The notes below the pieces were generated by a model. It ran no database searches. It worked only from the letters and a program-made list of their open reading frames with translations, and was not told the DNA's origin. A stretch of 64,000 nucleotides of DNA from Podarcis muralis (taxonomy: Eukaryota), in the NCBI RefSeq assembly GCF_964188315.1, contig NC_135657.1, forward strand, positions 51,770,001 through 51,834,000. The letters run 5' to 3'. Position 1 is the first letter of the stretch. Each line of letters opens with the position of its first letter. The position numbers and the translations under genes were made by a program. Below are positions 49,513 to 62,948 of the stretch, one piece after another.

Positions 49513-52050
49513 GTTGAAATTGGGCATTCTCTTCCAATTCTGTTTTCTTTTATCAAAGATTTTACTACCCTGGGAGATATGTATGAATAAATTTGCCTAT
49601 AATCAAATTAAATATTAATGGCTTCAAAATGGGCACAATAGAGATCTTGTTGTACAAGACTAATCAGGACTAATTAGTACATTGGCCCTTTGAAAAGCAT
49701 AGAAATAGAAAAGGGGGGGGCGGGTAACCCCCATGTTGAGCTGCCTTATTGCTATTTCCCAGTAGGCAGTTGAAAAGAAAGCTATTACAAATCCAGTCTT
49801 TTGTTTATCAGCTACCATAATTTATACTATCCGGGCTGGATTCAACTAGCATGTTTCTGCTATTGGAAGCCGGCACAAGTGCAACAGGGCTGCCCCTTCT
49901 CCCAGCATTCCTACATCTCCCCTGAATCCACTCTGAAGAGTCAGGACAATTCCCATAATACTAAATTCCCAAATATTAAATTGATGTAGTATTTATTTAG
50001 AGAATAAATTCTGGATTTGTATTATACCCATTGTATGGTCACCTTGTAAATATTTAAATATTAAGTTGTAACTTCAGCTCTGGGCTGTAAATTTTCCACT
50101 TGTATCTTAGGGGCTTAATAAGTAGTGTACATGTATATAAACGCTTACAGCTTGAGCAGCAATGGTCATGTTTGAAAGTTCATATTTTGGGTTAATACTA
50201 TGAATTAGACTTTTGCCTGCTTATACAGCCCATTTGCTCCACACTTCATGGTTTAGGATTCTATATTTCTGGCTTGTTCCAAAGCTGGTAACCATAGTTT
50301 CCTATTTTGGCTACAGGAAACAGAGAGTTCCTTGCTTGTTTAACAAGCCAGAAATATAGAATCCTAAACCATGATTTCAAATTAATGATCCCATCTTACT
50401 CTGATGCTGTAGTTTCTCAGTATGGAGTGAGAAACTATGGTTATTTAGTTGCTTCCTGGGTTAACTGTAGTTCGTCACAAAGGGGCTCTTTGTGTGGACA
50501 AAAGATCTATGCAGATCTTGGCTTGTGAAATGATATCATTATATGAACCATTCAGATTTGTCCTCAAAGTGTTATGGAAACATTTTAGGCCAACTACCTA
50601 ATTTCACTGAGGTGGACTGCCAGGCTTCTTCTGTTTAGGTATGGGTGTGTGTGCGAAATCACTATCAATGAAGTTACAATGAACACAGGACTAAGAATAT
50701 GCTGCTAGTTGTAATCTTCTGAAAGAGAGGTTAAGCATAACACTTAAACACACAAAGTAATGTTTAGGAATTTATGGCTCTGTAAATTTAGACCAGCTTA
50801 GCTACCAGGACAAAAACTCTCATCTACATTAGCATAAAGTCTGCTTTCATGAACATCTCTACTCCCTGCAAGATTCATTATCAGCTCTCTCTACCTCAGA
50901 TCAACACAGAAAATATAAAGCATGGTAAAGATTTTCCCTTCAGTTTCTAACTATTTGCAGCTATCTCCAGTGTGAACTTGTGAAGAAGCCAAAAATAAGG
51001 TATCTGTTACGCATAAGTTTGCAAATGTTTGTTCTACATATTGATCCTTTATCTTTCCCCTTAGTTTCTCCCTGTAATTTATGCCTACCCACAATCTAAG
51101 CATTGGCACCACTTCATGAAAGCTAATAAGTTGGCGGTTTGTTTTTCCAAACCTCTGCTTCGTGCACTAGACGGTTTGGGGTTTTATGAATATGCATCCC
51201 CTTTTGCTTTTAGAAATACTTTGAAGACAAAAGGTGTTCCTGACACATCTTTGAACCTTTGCTGTGTTGTTCTGCAATTCATATTTTACATTTGAATGAT
51301 TTACCTTTATTACAGTTAATTGGTTCCCACGTGTACAGCAACTGAATATATCATTACATAGCAAGTAATTTCCCCTCATATTATACTGTTGCCTGTGAAT
51401 AGAGTTATATATATATTCATTCATTCAAAGGCATTGTGTCTTCCACCACAGAAAAGCAAAATTATTTCCTATGACAGTCAATTTTATCATGTTACCAAAA
51501 CCAACAACCACAAGATCAAGCCATCTCTTTTCTTGTTAGCCTTGTGGCTCCCTAAAGTACATATTCATCTAAATGTGGCATAACTATGCTATTTCGCCGC
51601 CCCATCCCAAAAAACCACACCAAACGTGGTGGTTTGGATTTTATCAGGAATTTCCTTTGATAATAAGAACTGTTTCCAAGTGATAGCTTGTTCATAAAAT
51701 GTGCCTTGGTCTCATTTGTGCAGAAGGTGACAATTTTGTATTCTTGAACTTGCTATTTGAAAGTGACCATTTTGGCTGATTATTTGAAACAGTATGTGGA
51801 ATTGTAGCATTCACCTCTACTCATCCATTTCGACAAACATTTCATGCATACTGTTCTCCCTAGGCTCTCTCTCTCTGTTTTTTCTCTTTCTGTTTTGAGC
51901 TCCCCAGACTTCTGGAGTGTCCTTCTTCTCCCTTGGCTGATCTGAATAGTGCCAGCAGCCATATGAAAAAAAGTTCATAAATAGTTCAGTTGTTTTGATC
52001 GTTTCAAGAGCAGAAAATCTATAGAACATAGCACAGCTGAACTCAGGGTT

Positions 52051-52098
52051 TAATAATAATAAATAATAATAATAATAATAATAACAATAACAACAACA
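52051..52098 (+). repeat. (AAT)n/(AAC)n microsatellite
   Basis: Direct read; probably the tail of a minus-strand L2-type element. Confidence 0.9.
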
Positions 52099-52749
52099 GC
52101 AATACTTCATTTCTATACCACTTTATATTTTTAAGAAAAAAATATCAAAGCTGTTTACAACCTACATTAAAACTTCAACTAAAATAACCCAGAAAGAAAT
52201 ATTGCAGAAGAAAGTCAAATATAAAGTATCTATTCAAAGCAACATAAGCAACAGAAAACTAAAATATTATCTTAAAGATTTCAAAATAAAATATTACAAA
52301 GGTCAACTAAACATTAGCAGAACATTGCCTTAAATATTTCAAAGGAAAATATTACTAAAGAAAGTCAGACATAAAATGCACATTTAAAACAGCATAATTA
52401 ACGAGAATAAAATATCATCATAAGCATAGAAGATATCTGCTACTGTTGCTGCCAGTGGTGGTTTATGGTGGTCAGTGGCTGTGGAAGCTAAGGTTTGGTG
52501 ACTTGGGTCTGCACTAAGAGGCAGCCAAGATCATCTCTGCCCTCTTCATCCGCCTCAGCTTTTGTAGCTGGAGTCAGTCAGGACCCTGCCCTCCCAGGCC
52601 AGGTGGAAAGAGGCTAGCAAGGCAGGGAGCAGGTCTTCCAGGTCTCACAGCCAAGATGGGTGTGATGACTCAGTGGCACCTCAATGAATGAATGTTCTCC
52701 TCCACAGTTTTAAAATGACATCCTGAATTGGCCCTTGGTTGTTCTAGAC

Positions 52750-52997
52750 CAGGGGTCAGCAAATTTTTTCAGCAGGGGGCCGGTCCACTGTCCCTCAGAC
52801 CTTGTGGGCCAGACTATATTTTGGGGAAAAAATATGAACAGATTCCAATGCCCCACAAATAACCCAGAGATGCATTTTAAATAAAAGGACACATTCTACT
52901 CATATAAAAACACACTGATTCCTGGACCGTCCGCGGGCCAGATTTAGAAGGCGATTGGGCCAGATCCAGCCTCCGGGCCTTAGTTTGCCTGCCCATG
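52750..52997. mobile_element. hAT (Charlie-like) MITE
   Basis: caggggtcagcaaa..tttgcctgcccatg; perfect 8-bp TSD ttctagac. Confidence 0.9.
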
Positions 52998-53354
52998 TTC
53001 TAGACTTTCATTCATAGCCCGTTTGGGTCTTTTTCTCATCAAAAAACCAGATGAGGAAAAACTTTGTCTAGAAAGTATTGCTTCCGACTCAGGCTGCTGG
53101 TGCAGCTCACACAGAAGAACACACACATGTTCACCCCAATATGGAAAACTAGCATTTCTGGGAGAAAGGAACCTCCCCCTAGACCTGGGTTTATGCCAGT
53201 CTTCTTTTATCTCAGGAATTGCAATGCTTTGAATTCTGATTCTTATGTATTCGTCCCATCTACTGCAGATACCTTTAACAAGGTGGGGGGGGGGGAGAAT
53301 CACTTCATTTCAACTATGTTTTTTCTCCAATTTCTCCCAACAATTTGAGACAAC

Positions 53355-53980
53355 AAAGGAAGTGCCCTCCTGCTGAATCAGATCAAAGGCCTGCCTCGTC
53401 CAGCATCTTGTTTCCTGCAGAAGCCAACTGCATGCCTGTGAGAAACCCCCAGGCAGGATATGAGCGCAGAAGGCTTCTCATGCTCACGTTCCCCAGCGGC
53501 TGGTATTCTTGAGGCATGCTGTCTCTGATTCTGGAGGCAGCAAATAGCCATTATGTTTCTTAGCATTATTCTCCATGAATCTGCCTAACCCCTTTCACCA
53601 AGCCATCTAAGAAGGCGGTTGTCATCCCATCTCGTCATAGTGGACTCCATAGTTTTGACTATGCTCAGTGTGAAGACCTACTTTCTTTTCCCTGTCCTGA
53701 GATTCTCTCCCCATTCCGTTTTATTAGACGACCCTGCATTTTAGTATTATGACAGAGGAAGAAAAACTCTCTTTCCTCTTTCTCTACACAGTGCAGACTT
53801 TTATAAGGTTACTTATCTTTTATAAGCTTCCTCATCCTTTTTCTAACCCTCCCCCCATGTTAAACTTTCTTTGTATGGGAGTAGCTATAGACCCTGAACA
53901 TTTTGGTTGCCATTCTATGCACCTTTTTCAAGCGGCATCCTTTTTTGAGACACTGCGAAGAGGCTTCAATGCAACATATG
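53355..53980 (-). mobile_element. CR1 LINE 3' fragment (degraded)
   Basis: Reverse complement resembles 45555-46080 (ctccatgaat..tactttctttt..ctgtcctga). Confidence 0.75.
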
Positions 53981-55226
53981 ATTAATGGAAAAATGCAAGA
54001 ATACAATTTGGGGGGCCCTGCACTGCATTTCAGAACCTCTATAGTTCATTGTCAAATTTAAAGGTGAAATGCAAAGTGCCAGATATAATAACAACGTCCC
54101 ACTCTGTCCTTCAGGATAATGTTGGCTAGCTGGCAGTGAATGTTGCACAGTGTTGCATTCTGAGTTTTCCCATGAGAAATAATCATGGTCTTAAGCCTTG
54201 ATATGTCATTTGATATGTTCCTTCACTGCTCAAGCTGATTTGCTGGGAACAAAGAATCTCATTTGTTATAATGTGAGGAATCCTTGCAGCAAGGCAGAAA
54301 TATTTTCTTAATATATGCTGCCAATTAAGAAGCCCATTAGTCACAGGACAGTACAGAACACCACTGTAAACATGATTTGGTCCACACATTTTCCCTTTAG
54401 TTGCGTTCACAATTTCATTAAAGAACACACAGACAACGAAAGAACTAACATGACAGCACATGGCAAACTGAGAAAGACAAGAGCAGTAAGTTCTGTATGA
54501 TGAAAACTTGACAGTTGTCATCTTATAGGCTGCACATGAAAGAGTCTGTTGCTGTTATTTATTTTGTATTTGAAATCCCCAACCAAAAGATAACACTGTG
54601 GTGAAAGCAGCAAGGCTCTGATAATAAAAAATGGAATTATTTTGTGCTGTTGACGGCCTATACCATGTTTCCCATGTCATCACTGTTCGCTTCAGAAGAC
54701 AAAGGGGGTCTAATATGATGAATCTTGATGGGATTCTAACTGCCTTGGGAGACTTTCTTGGCTTAGCCTTTGGCAAGGCACTTGTCACCTTCCCTAGTGA
54801 GAAGTTCAGGATGTTTCTTGGCATCCTTCCCAACATCAGAATGCAAGCCCCAACGAAGGAATCCTTTATGGGCAGCCATCCCCTACCATGTTATCATTTC
54901 AACCCGATTCACTTTCATAGTGTTATGAAAAAGAAATACATTCTTCGGTGGCCCCTATGGTGAAGAACCAGCTTCAGCTGGTTCATCAACCGTGACTTTT
55001 CCTGGACAAGGATCATTTGGTCATTGCAACATATGTGTTGGGGACCTCTTATTTAGAATATTGTCATGCACATGCTTTGGGGCTTTCCCTATGGTTGGTC
55101 CAGAGGCTGCAGTTAGTATAGAATGCCATGGCCCAGGCAGTGAGTGGTACTCTTTATCGGATGCACATCACACCAGCACTAAGAAATCTGCACTGACAAC
55201 CTATTAACTACCAAGCCAGTTTTAAG

Positions 55227-55229
<3 letters not shown>

Positions 55230-55276
<47 letters not shown>

Positions 55277-55278
55277 TG
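55230..55278 (+). repeat. (CT)n(GT)n compound microsatellite
   Basis: Direct read. Confidence 0.95.
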
Positions 55279-55409
55279 ATGTTTTTGCACATGTTTTCCA
55301 AACATAACATCCCATCTTATACAATATAACAAACCTTTGGCTATCACAGCCTAGGACTTCTGTCAACCTTGACTAATGGTTTTCTAACTTAAGATCCTGT
55401 TACTTTCAT

Positions 55410-55670
55410 ACAAAGTCCTCAACAACCTGGGAGCAGGTCACCTGAAAGGCCATCTTCCCCTCCACTGCCTAGTAAGGGCATTAAGATCAACAGACAGAAC
55501 TTGCTTAGTTTTGTCACAACCTAATAATTATCAGCTTGTAGTAACATGGAGACGGGCTTTTCCACCAGTATTGTGGAATGCTCTCCCTGCTGAAATTTGG
55601 GAAATCCCATCAGTTTTAGGATCCCACCATCTCTTGAGGACATACTTGCTTAGACAAGCATTTCCATGAT
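55410..55670 (+). mobile_element. Old L2 3' fragment
   Basis: ..gacgggcttttcc..tgtggaatgctctccct..tttagacaagcatttcc resembles the L2 RAFSVVAP.LWN.LP..ALF.QAF end. Confidence 0.5.
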
Positions 55671-57453
55671 CTTCTCACTTGAATCTCCTGCTTTGGTGGT
55701 TATTTTAACTGGTTTTAACTGTTAGTCTATTTTTAATGGGCTTGTTTATTATATATTTTAATTATGAATGTTTTAATGAAGCTGTTTTAGTATGGATTTT
55801 AATTATGGGCAGCTGTAGCTTTATACATAATTGGCTTTATTTTCGTTATTCTGCTGTGAGCTTTTATTTGTTTGTGAACCACCTTGGTATTTCTTCTTGA
55901 AATGAAAGGCAGTATATAAATTATTCTAATAGTAATGTAGTAGACAGGATTGTGTGTGGCTTGGTAAGACAGAGGCATAGTACATTAAATTCAGTGTGAA
56001 AAGCTGCAAGTTTGACTTGGAACCAGATCTTTCTTAAGGGTTGTGTTCTGATCAGCCCTGGGCCCACCAAGCTCATTCCTTCTCTCTGTATATGGTTGGG
56101 AAAGAAGAACTCTGGATGTACTGACAGGTAGTTTCAGCACAAATTCTGCTGCTGGAGATTGCACAAGATATGAGGTGAGATTAAAAGCTTCAGAGCTTTT
56201 AATAGGAGCTGTGGGAGAAGAGGAATCGTGGGAGTAGAGAAATACATTTCCACTGACCCCTCAAACTGCTTTTGCAACACAGAAAGGTTTACAAAGACAT
56301 GAAGCAAGAGAGGAGGAGGGCAATATGGGTATAGCTTTGTTTTAAGAAGAAATTGGGTACCTGTGCACACTAGTTTGTGCATGGATGCTCCCTTGGATTG
56401 ACTCGAATGCAGTGGTTCATAACAATTGGCAATGATCTAGTTTTTGAGTGCCCTGGCCCAAAGGGCTACAGGGTTTCATTTGTTTATTTGCTTTTGTTTT
56501 TGGTTAAAGAAACGACTGTGATCTGCTTTTGACACAAGGAACCTTTTTTAAAATTAAAAATGAACACATTTGTTACAATGTTAATTAAAATCTCATTCCT
56601 GTTTGTTCTTCAGTACTGCTTTATCAATTTAGTTTTGTTTTGTAATGATAAAATGGGATCTCTGCAGACTAATTGAAAGTGGCAACAAATTCTCTATCAA
56701 ATATATTAGTTCATTCAGCTCCATTAGTTCCATTAGTGGATTTCCATTTCCCAGTGGAGCTCCCAGAACCTCTGGAGATGTCGCTGAATTATAATTCGTG
56801 TGTGCTATTTAATAATGCTCTCTCTCAAAAATTACACTGAGTTTAGTTATTGCATTATAAATAATAAGGCCTACATCAATGTGTTTCTGAGCTCTTTGAG
56901 TTAAATCATTTTCAAGCTTAATTGGTGGTTATGTTCCCTTAAAGCGACAGAAACATGGCATCCTTTACAAACAGGAGGACTGCTTGTACTCCAGGCCTTA
57001 GATAGCAAAAACTGACGTCCCGGGCCCAAGTGCATTTGGGCAAGGTCCAAACATCTTCTCAGGCTCACACTATGGGCTTCCATCAGTCCTGTATAGGTTT
57101 TATTCTCTCCCTTATTTCAGTTGCTTGACCACACCCCACCCTTTATGATATATCTCAAACTGCTGTCAGAATCAGAATTAACTTCAGTTTCAAGAGCAGA
57201 TTGCTGTTCATTCATTTTTCTTTCAATAATTTATACTCTGCTTTTCAAGTCCAAAAATAAATGCAAAGTGGCTTACATATCGGGGTCAGTAAAACATAAC
57301 TACACATTGCATTGTTGTAAGGCTAGGGGGGAAGGGTGCTGTTTGTTTGGGGCCTAGCTTGTGACATGGAATCCAGGTTAAGGAATGAACACATGAGCCA
57401 GGGGCAGGAACATGGACATGAAGGTGCTGGTGATCAGGTTATGGATCATACAA

Positions 57454-57507
<54 letters not shown>

Positions 57508-58954
57508 TTTTATTTATATCCCGCCCTCCCCAGTCGAAGCCGGGCTCAGGGCGGCTAACAACACTAAAACAATGCAACATTATAAAAACATTATAAAAAT
57601 TAATTAAAATACAAATTGATGGCAACCATAAACTAAAGTTTTGTAAAGATTGCCAAAGGAGGGAGTCAGGCTGCACCCTGACCAAAGGCCTGGTGGAACA
57701 GCTCTGTCTTGCAGGCCCTGCGGAAAGATGTCAAGTCCTGCAGGGCCCTTGTCTCTTGCGACAGAGCGTTCCACCAGGTTGGAGCCACAACCGAAAAAGC
57801 TCTGGCTCTAGTTGAGGCCAGCCTAACCTCTCTGTGGCCTGGGACCTTCAAGATGTTTTTATTTGAAGACCGTAAGTTCCTCTGTGGGGCATACCAGGAG
57901 AGGCGGTCCCGTAGGTACGAGGGTCCTAGGCCGTATAGGGCTTTGAAGGTTAAAACCAGCACCTTAAACCTGATCCTGTACTCCACCGGGAGCCAGTGCA
58001 GCTGGTATAGCACCGGATGAATGTGATCTCGCAGTGAAGACCCCGTAAGGAGTCTCGCTGCGGCATTCTGCACCCGCTGGTGTTTCTGGGTCAGTCTCAA
58101 GGGCAGCCCCACGTAGAGCGAGTTACAATAATCCAGTCTGGAGGTGACCGTCGCGTGGATCACAGTGGCTAGGTCAGGGCGAGAGAGGTAAGGAGCCAAC
58201 TGCTTAGCTTGGCGGAGATGAAAAAATGCCGCCTTTGTTATAGCTGCAATCTGCGCCTCCATGGAGAGGGAGGTATCGAAGATTACACCCAAACTCTTAA
58301 CGGACGGTGCTGGCACTAATTGCACCCCCGCAAGAGATGGGAGTTGCCCCCTCAATCTCATATCGTCCCGTCCCAGCCAGAGGACCTCTGTCTTCGAGGG
58401 ATTTAACTTCAACCGGCTCCCACGTAACCATCCAGCCACAGCTTCCAAGCATCTGATCAGTGTGTCTGGGGCCGAGTCAGGATGGCCATCCATCAACAGA
58501 TAGAGTTGGGTGTCATCAGCATACTGATGGCAGCCCAGCCCAAAACTCCGGACAAGCTGGGCAAGGGGGCACATAAAGATGTTAAAAAGCATTGGGGAGA
58601 GTATCGCACCCTGGGGCACTCCACACACCAAGGAGTGGCGGGATGACAATTCCCCCCCAAGCACCACCCTCTGTCCCCGACCAGAGAGAAACGAGCGCAG
58701 CCATTGAAGGACTGTGCCCTGGATCCCCACGTCGGCAAGGCGGTGGTCCAGGAGTTCGTGATCGACCATGTCGAAGGCTGCTGACAGGTCTAGAAGAATC
58801 AGCAGCCCCGACCCGCCTCGATCCAGCTGCCTGTGGAGATCATCTGTTAGGGCGACCAGAGCCGTCTCAGTCCCATGACCAGCGCGGAAGCTGGACTGGA
58901 ATGGATCCAGAGCCGATGTTTCATCCAGAAACCTACCAAGCTGTTCCGCAACCG
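57454..58954 (-). mobile_element. Young 5'-truncated L2 LINE with (TTA)n tail
   Basis: Stop-free RT frame, 3' UTR ending gggcgggatataaataaa, and an (AAT)n run on the plus strand. Confidence 0.92.
57666..58952 (-). CDS. L2 ORF2 reverse transcriptase + C-terminus (partial, 428 uninterrupted codons)
   Basis: PFQSSFRAGHGTETAL..LLILLDLSAAFDMVDH..GVPQGAILSPMLFNIFM..HQYADDTQLY..LKLNPSKTE..SRLDYCNSLY..QNAAARLL..LHWLPV. I extended the frame by hand 61 codons upstream of the listed ORF and found no stop. Confidence 0.9.
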   Translation of the reverse strand, partial: VAEQLGRFLDETSALDPFQSSFRAGHGTETALVALTDDLHRQLDRGGSGLLILLDLSAAFDMVDHELLDHRLADVGIQGTVLQWLRSFLSGRGQRVVLGGELSSRHSLVCGVPQGAILSPMLFNIFMCPLAQLVRSFGLGCHQYADDTQLYLLMDGHPDSAPDTLIRCLEAVAGWLRGSRLKLNPSKTEVLWLGRDDMRLRGQLPSLAGVQLVPAPSVKSLGVIFDTSLSMEAQIAAITKAAFFHLRQAKQLAPYLSRPDLATVIHATVTSRLDYCNSLYVGLPLRLTQKHQRVQNAAARLLTGSSLRDHIHPVLYQLHWLPVEYRIRFKVLVLTFKALYGLGPSYLRDRLSWYAPQRNLRSSNKNILKVPGHREVRLASTRARAFSVVAPTWWNALSQETRALQDLTSFRRACKTELFHQAFGQGAA

Positions 58955-59988
58955 GAGGGATCGGAGGGCAAGAGGCAGGAGACAGAGACAGAGGTTAACT
59001 TCTGGATTAGTTGTATGACATGAGGAAACAGGGAAGGGCAAGGCAGGGGTCAAGAGAGGGTGTTTGGTATTACTCAGAATAACCTAGAAGAAAGAGTTTT
59101 ACAGATAGGATGGCCACTTACCTTTACAAAGAAGAAGAAATGCATCACCTAAAATTTCCACAATTTATTAGCATAGACGCAAATCCTGAAAGTTGTGTCA
59201 AGTGAATGCAGAAAACCATGTGTTTTATTTTGTGCCTGTGCCTCTGGAGCCTCCAGGAGTTTAGCAGGCTTCTCTTTGCATCCTCCAATGTCTAGAAGGT
59301 GGCAAGACTGGGCATGGAAACACAGTGCCCATTTGCTTTCACATGATACTACTCACATGGGAGAATGAACACCTGAACAGGGCTTCTTTCTTTAATTTTT
59401 GTTAGGTACAGCTGAATGCAGAGAAGTTGAATTTTGAAAGATAATGCTAGCTGACAATTATATTGCGCAATACATTCTTCTAAATTAAGAATGCTGACAG
59501 TATTCTGGATCCAAAGTGCTCTCAGATCATTGATAAATTGCCTGCCTGTTCTTGATTAAAGTTTGCTCACGAGTTTTCTTTTGACTGCTTTCTCTACTGA
59601 TGAAAATCATAAACAATAAATCATGAACGTCCTGTAGAAACTTCCCACAATCTGTAGCGGAAAATTTGGAATCCATATTGCTAAATTAGGAACTATAGAT
59701 AAGAAAAATGCCCATTTGCCCTCTTAGAACAGAATCTTTATCTGCCCCCCCCCCCGCCTCAAAATATTACCCCAGCCTTTCATATTTAATTGTGTACAAT
59801 TTTTGTGTTTGGAAGCAGGCTGCAACATATTTATTTGCTTTTCAGCATAGAAACAATGTGACCAAAATGATACATAAAATTAAACGTTGATTTGGAAAAC
59901 TTGAAAAATTATCTTAAGGCACAGTTTAAATTTTTAAATTTTGGAAATTGAACAAATAGAAACATGTGGTGTTTTTATTTTTAAAATG

Positions 59989-60123
59989 CAGGGCTTTTTT
60001 CAGGGAGAACTCACAGGAACTCAGTTCCTGCACCTCTCAGGTGGGTGCCATTGCCATTCTAAGAGAACAAGGGAGGTGTTCATGGTGAGTTCCGGCACCC
60101 CTGTTTCTAGAAAAATATCACTG
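59989..60123. mobile_element. hAT MITE (same family as 16235-16370, opposite orientation)
   Basis: cagggctttttt..aaaaatatcactg. Confidence 0.82.
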
Positions 60124-61225
60124 AAAAAACGTATACCACACTATCCCTCTCCCATCAAAAAGAGTTGCTGCAAGCAGCTTACAAGTAGAAAGGTTTTTTT
60201 TAAAAAAAGCACCCAGCCACTGAAATGTGAATTACCTAACCAAAAATGATAGCAAAATGCTCAGAGAGAGCAGCACTCAAATTCAATTCCTGAAGCAGCA
60301 ATGAAAGCAAAAGCTTCTTTACAAAGAAATGTTTTCAGTTACTGAATTACAAAACATTTTCTGTAAAGAAGTGTCAATGTCTGAATTCCAGTGTATCTGG
60401 CTAGGAGAGACTAAGCCTTGATTCCAGCATGATGCAAGGGATGTGGATGAAACTTACCCATATGGCATTCCAAACACCAGGTGCCCTATTTCAATTGGGT
60501 GCATCATTTGCTCGTGCAGCAGCAGCATGGTAGGAAGCTGTGGCCTGAGGGTCAGTTCACACTGAAGGCAGGCGCATGGATGCTGTGCTACAGGGATGGG
60601 GAAACTTTTTCAGCCCAAGGGTTCCATTCTCTCCTGGGCAGCCATCTGGGGACCACATGCAGGTGGTTGGTGGAGCAGTGAACATGAATTTTACTTTGGT
60701 ACCATAGACTAATTTCTATACCCTTCTCTGATCCATGCAAATCATGTCCATGATCAGATTTCAAGGACACATTCTAACCCACCAAAACCACTCAAGGGCG
60801 AGGGAGGGAGATACATTGCAGGACCAGTGAGGGGGTGTGGTATGGGAAGAGTTGAGAGGGCAATGTTTGGTTTCTGGGCTTGAGGTTTCCATTCTCTGAC
60901 ATACAGGCAAGCACACAAAAAGTGTTATTTAAATGGGGCATAAGAATAGTTCAGTGCTTTAACTCTGCATTGGTTTCTGGTACAGCTGGGCCATGCATGC
61001 TAACAGTTCATTTGTTCTTTATTGGCTGTGTGAAATGACATCATCAAATTCACTAACTTCTTGGTTTGGAGTATGAACTGTGGCACTTTGTATTCCAAGT
61101 GACACACTGCAGCTCTAGGTTCTTACCCTGATTGGATTACAAAACAAAGAAGAATTCCTCCCCACCTTTCTTTTCTACTGCCTTTCCACTTACGTTGTCT
61201 AGTGTCAGCAGAAGTAGGATAGAGG

Positions 61226-61371
61226 CATGGGCGTACAAGGGAGGGGGCAGGTGCCCCCCTAGTCAAGTAAAACAATAGAAATACTTAACATACTTAACCA
61301 ACCAATCATGTCAGTTCTGCCCCCCAACAAAAGTCCCCCCCCCCCAAAAAAAAAATCTGGCTATGCCCATG
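61226..61371. mobile_element. hAT MITE
   Basis: catgggcgta..tatgcccatg TIR; perfect TSD gatagagg. Confidence 0.9.
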
Positions 61372-61815
61372 GATAGAGGTCTTATGGGAATCTCTCTGGT
61401 GCTTTGAATTCTGCTATGGTGGTATACCAGGAGCTAGGGATCCTGTGTTTATGAATACATCTGAATGGCTCTTGTGTGTATTCACTGCTCACTGGATCTC
61501 TCAAACACCCACCTCCCAGAGTCTTATCACAACTTGAGTGTTCCTGTGCATAGACCGAACTTATGTTTTCTCTGCTCAGGTTATTTTTGAACTTCATACA
61601 GTTCAAAACATCTTCCCCTGTAGTGAGATGTGTGTCTCCAGATACATTAGCATTCACACTTCCCTAGAGAGAAATGCATGTTCCTTCCGAAGTGATTCAC
61701 ACATAGCAAGGAAGCATGAAAAGAGGAAATACAAGTTACTCACACATCTTCTGCTGGACTTTGTTTAAATATACAGAGGTAGCCTAAGATCAGAATGATT
61801 CTTACCATCTGAGAA

Positions 61816-62004
61816 GGGGCATAGCTCAGTGGCAAAGCATCTGCTTTGTATGCAAAGATTCAAGGTTCAACACTCAGCATCTCCAGGTGGGGCAAGGAGA
61901 GATCCTTCTCAGAAATCCTGAAGAGCTGCTGCTGCTATTCAGTTCAGACAATACTGACCGAGATGGACCAGTGGTCTGACTCAGTATCAAGGCATCTTCC
62001 AATG
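61816..62004 (+). mobile_element. tRNA-derived SINE (Squam3-like)
   Basis: ggggcatagctcagtggcaaagcatctgctttgtatgcaaag..ggttcaac head; ..gatggaccagtggtctgactcagtatcaaggca CR1-type tail. Confidence 0.75.
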
Positions 62005-62739
62005 AAAGGTAGAATGCAGGGGTGGGAGGTGGGGAGGAACTTCAGTTGGTAAAGATTACTAGTGAGGTTGAGCCTGTATCTGAAAGTATAGACATCACAG
62101 ACCCTAAAAAAAATGAAACCATCAAGCACCCAAATTCATGAGCTCCAGACACTGGTTAAATTTCCCCATGAATCAACAGTCCTTCAAAGAAAAGTTTCAC
62201 ATTCCAGATATACTGCATATTGTAGCCGTATCTTTATGTCCAAATGTAAAAGTACGCTTTTGGGGTTGTAGAGAAATGTGTGATTTGACACTGACATTTC
62301 AAGAAGACTCTGCCAAAGCATACAACCTGACTGTATGGAAGCAGTTTATATACAGTGAACCTCCATTCCTAAGCATATTAGTTTTCTTATGTCAAATGTT
62401 GGAAGCGGAGAACATGCTGCTTTCCATTTGAAATGGAAGCCCCTTGCCATAAGCCTTTTAAAAAATTGCAACTTGGCAGGAACTATATTAGCAAGTTGAA
62501 ATTCATTCTTCTGGTCTGGAACGGTGTTCATCAAGAGCGCAAAACACTGTCATGCTGGCACATTCCAAGGTTCATCTAGTCTGGTGTTCTGTGGCCACCC
62601 AGACTGGAGATGCATAGGCAGATCTTAAAGGTTTCCTGCGGCCATTTGTCCCAGACACCCAGTACTTGTAATAGTTCAGTATCCTCTGAAGATGCAGTCT
62701 GCCAGGCTCTGAGACAGTGCAGAATCATGTAGTAACTGT

Positions 62740-62824
62740 AAAGGTAAAGGTACCCCTTCCCGTACGGGCCAGTCGTGTCCGACTCTAGGGTTGTGCGCCC
62801 ATCTCACTTAAGAGGCCGGGGGCC
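62740..62824 (-). mobile_element. Sauria SINE 3' fragment (distal end of the composite insertion)
   Basis: aaaggtaaaggtacccc..agaggccgggggcc. Confidence 0.85.
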
Positions 62825-62948
62825 ATGGATAGTATCCATAGTATCCATGGATACTAGCCATTATAATTTTGTTCTGCATTCACTGTCAGAGGCAGTATAC
62901 CTCTGAATACCAGTTACTGGGAATTACAAGAAGGTAGGGTGCTCCTGT

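Noticed and set aside
56735-56800. TTCCCAGTGGAG (FPVE) resembling PRKN exon 2
   Set aside because: The flanking translation (DFHFPVELPEPLEMSL) does not match the ubiquitin-like domain (FVRFNSSHGFPVEVDSDT..) and there is no suitable acceptor.
57709-59023. Several plus-strand ORFs
   Set aside because: Antisense shadows of the L2 RT.
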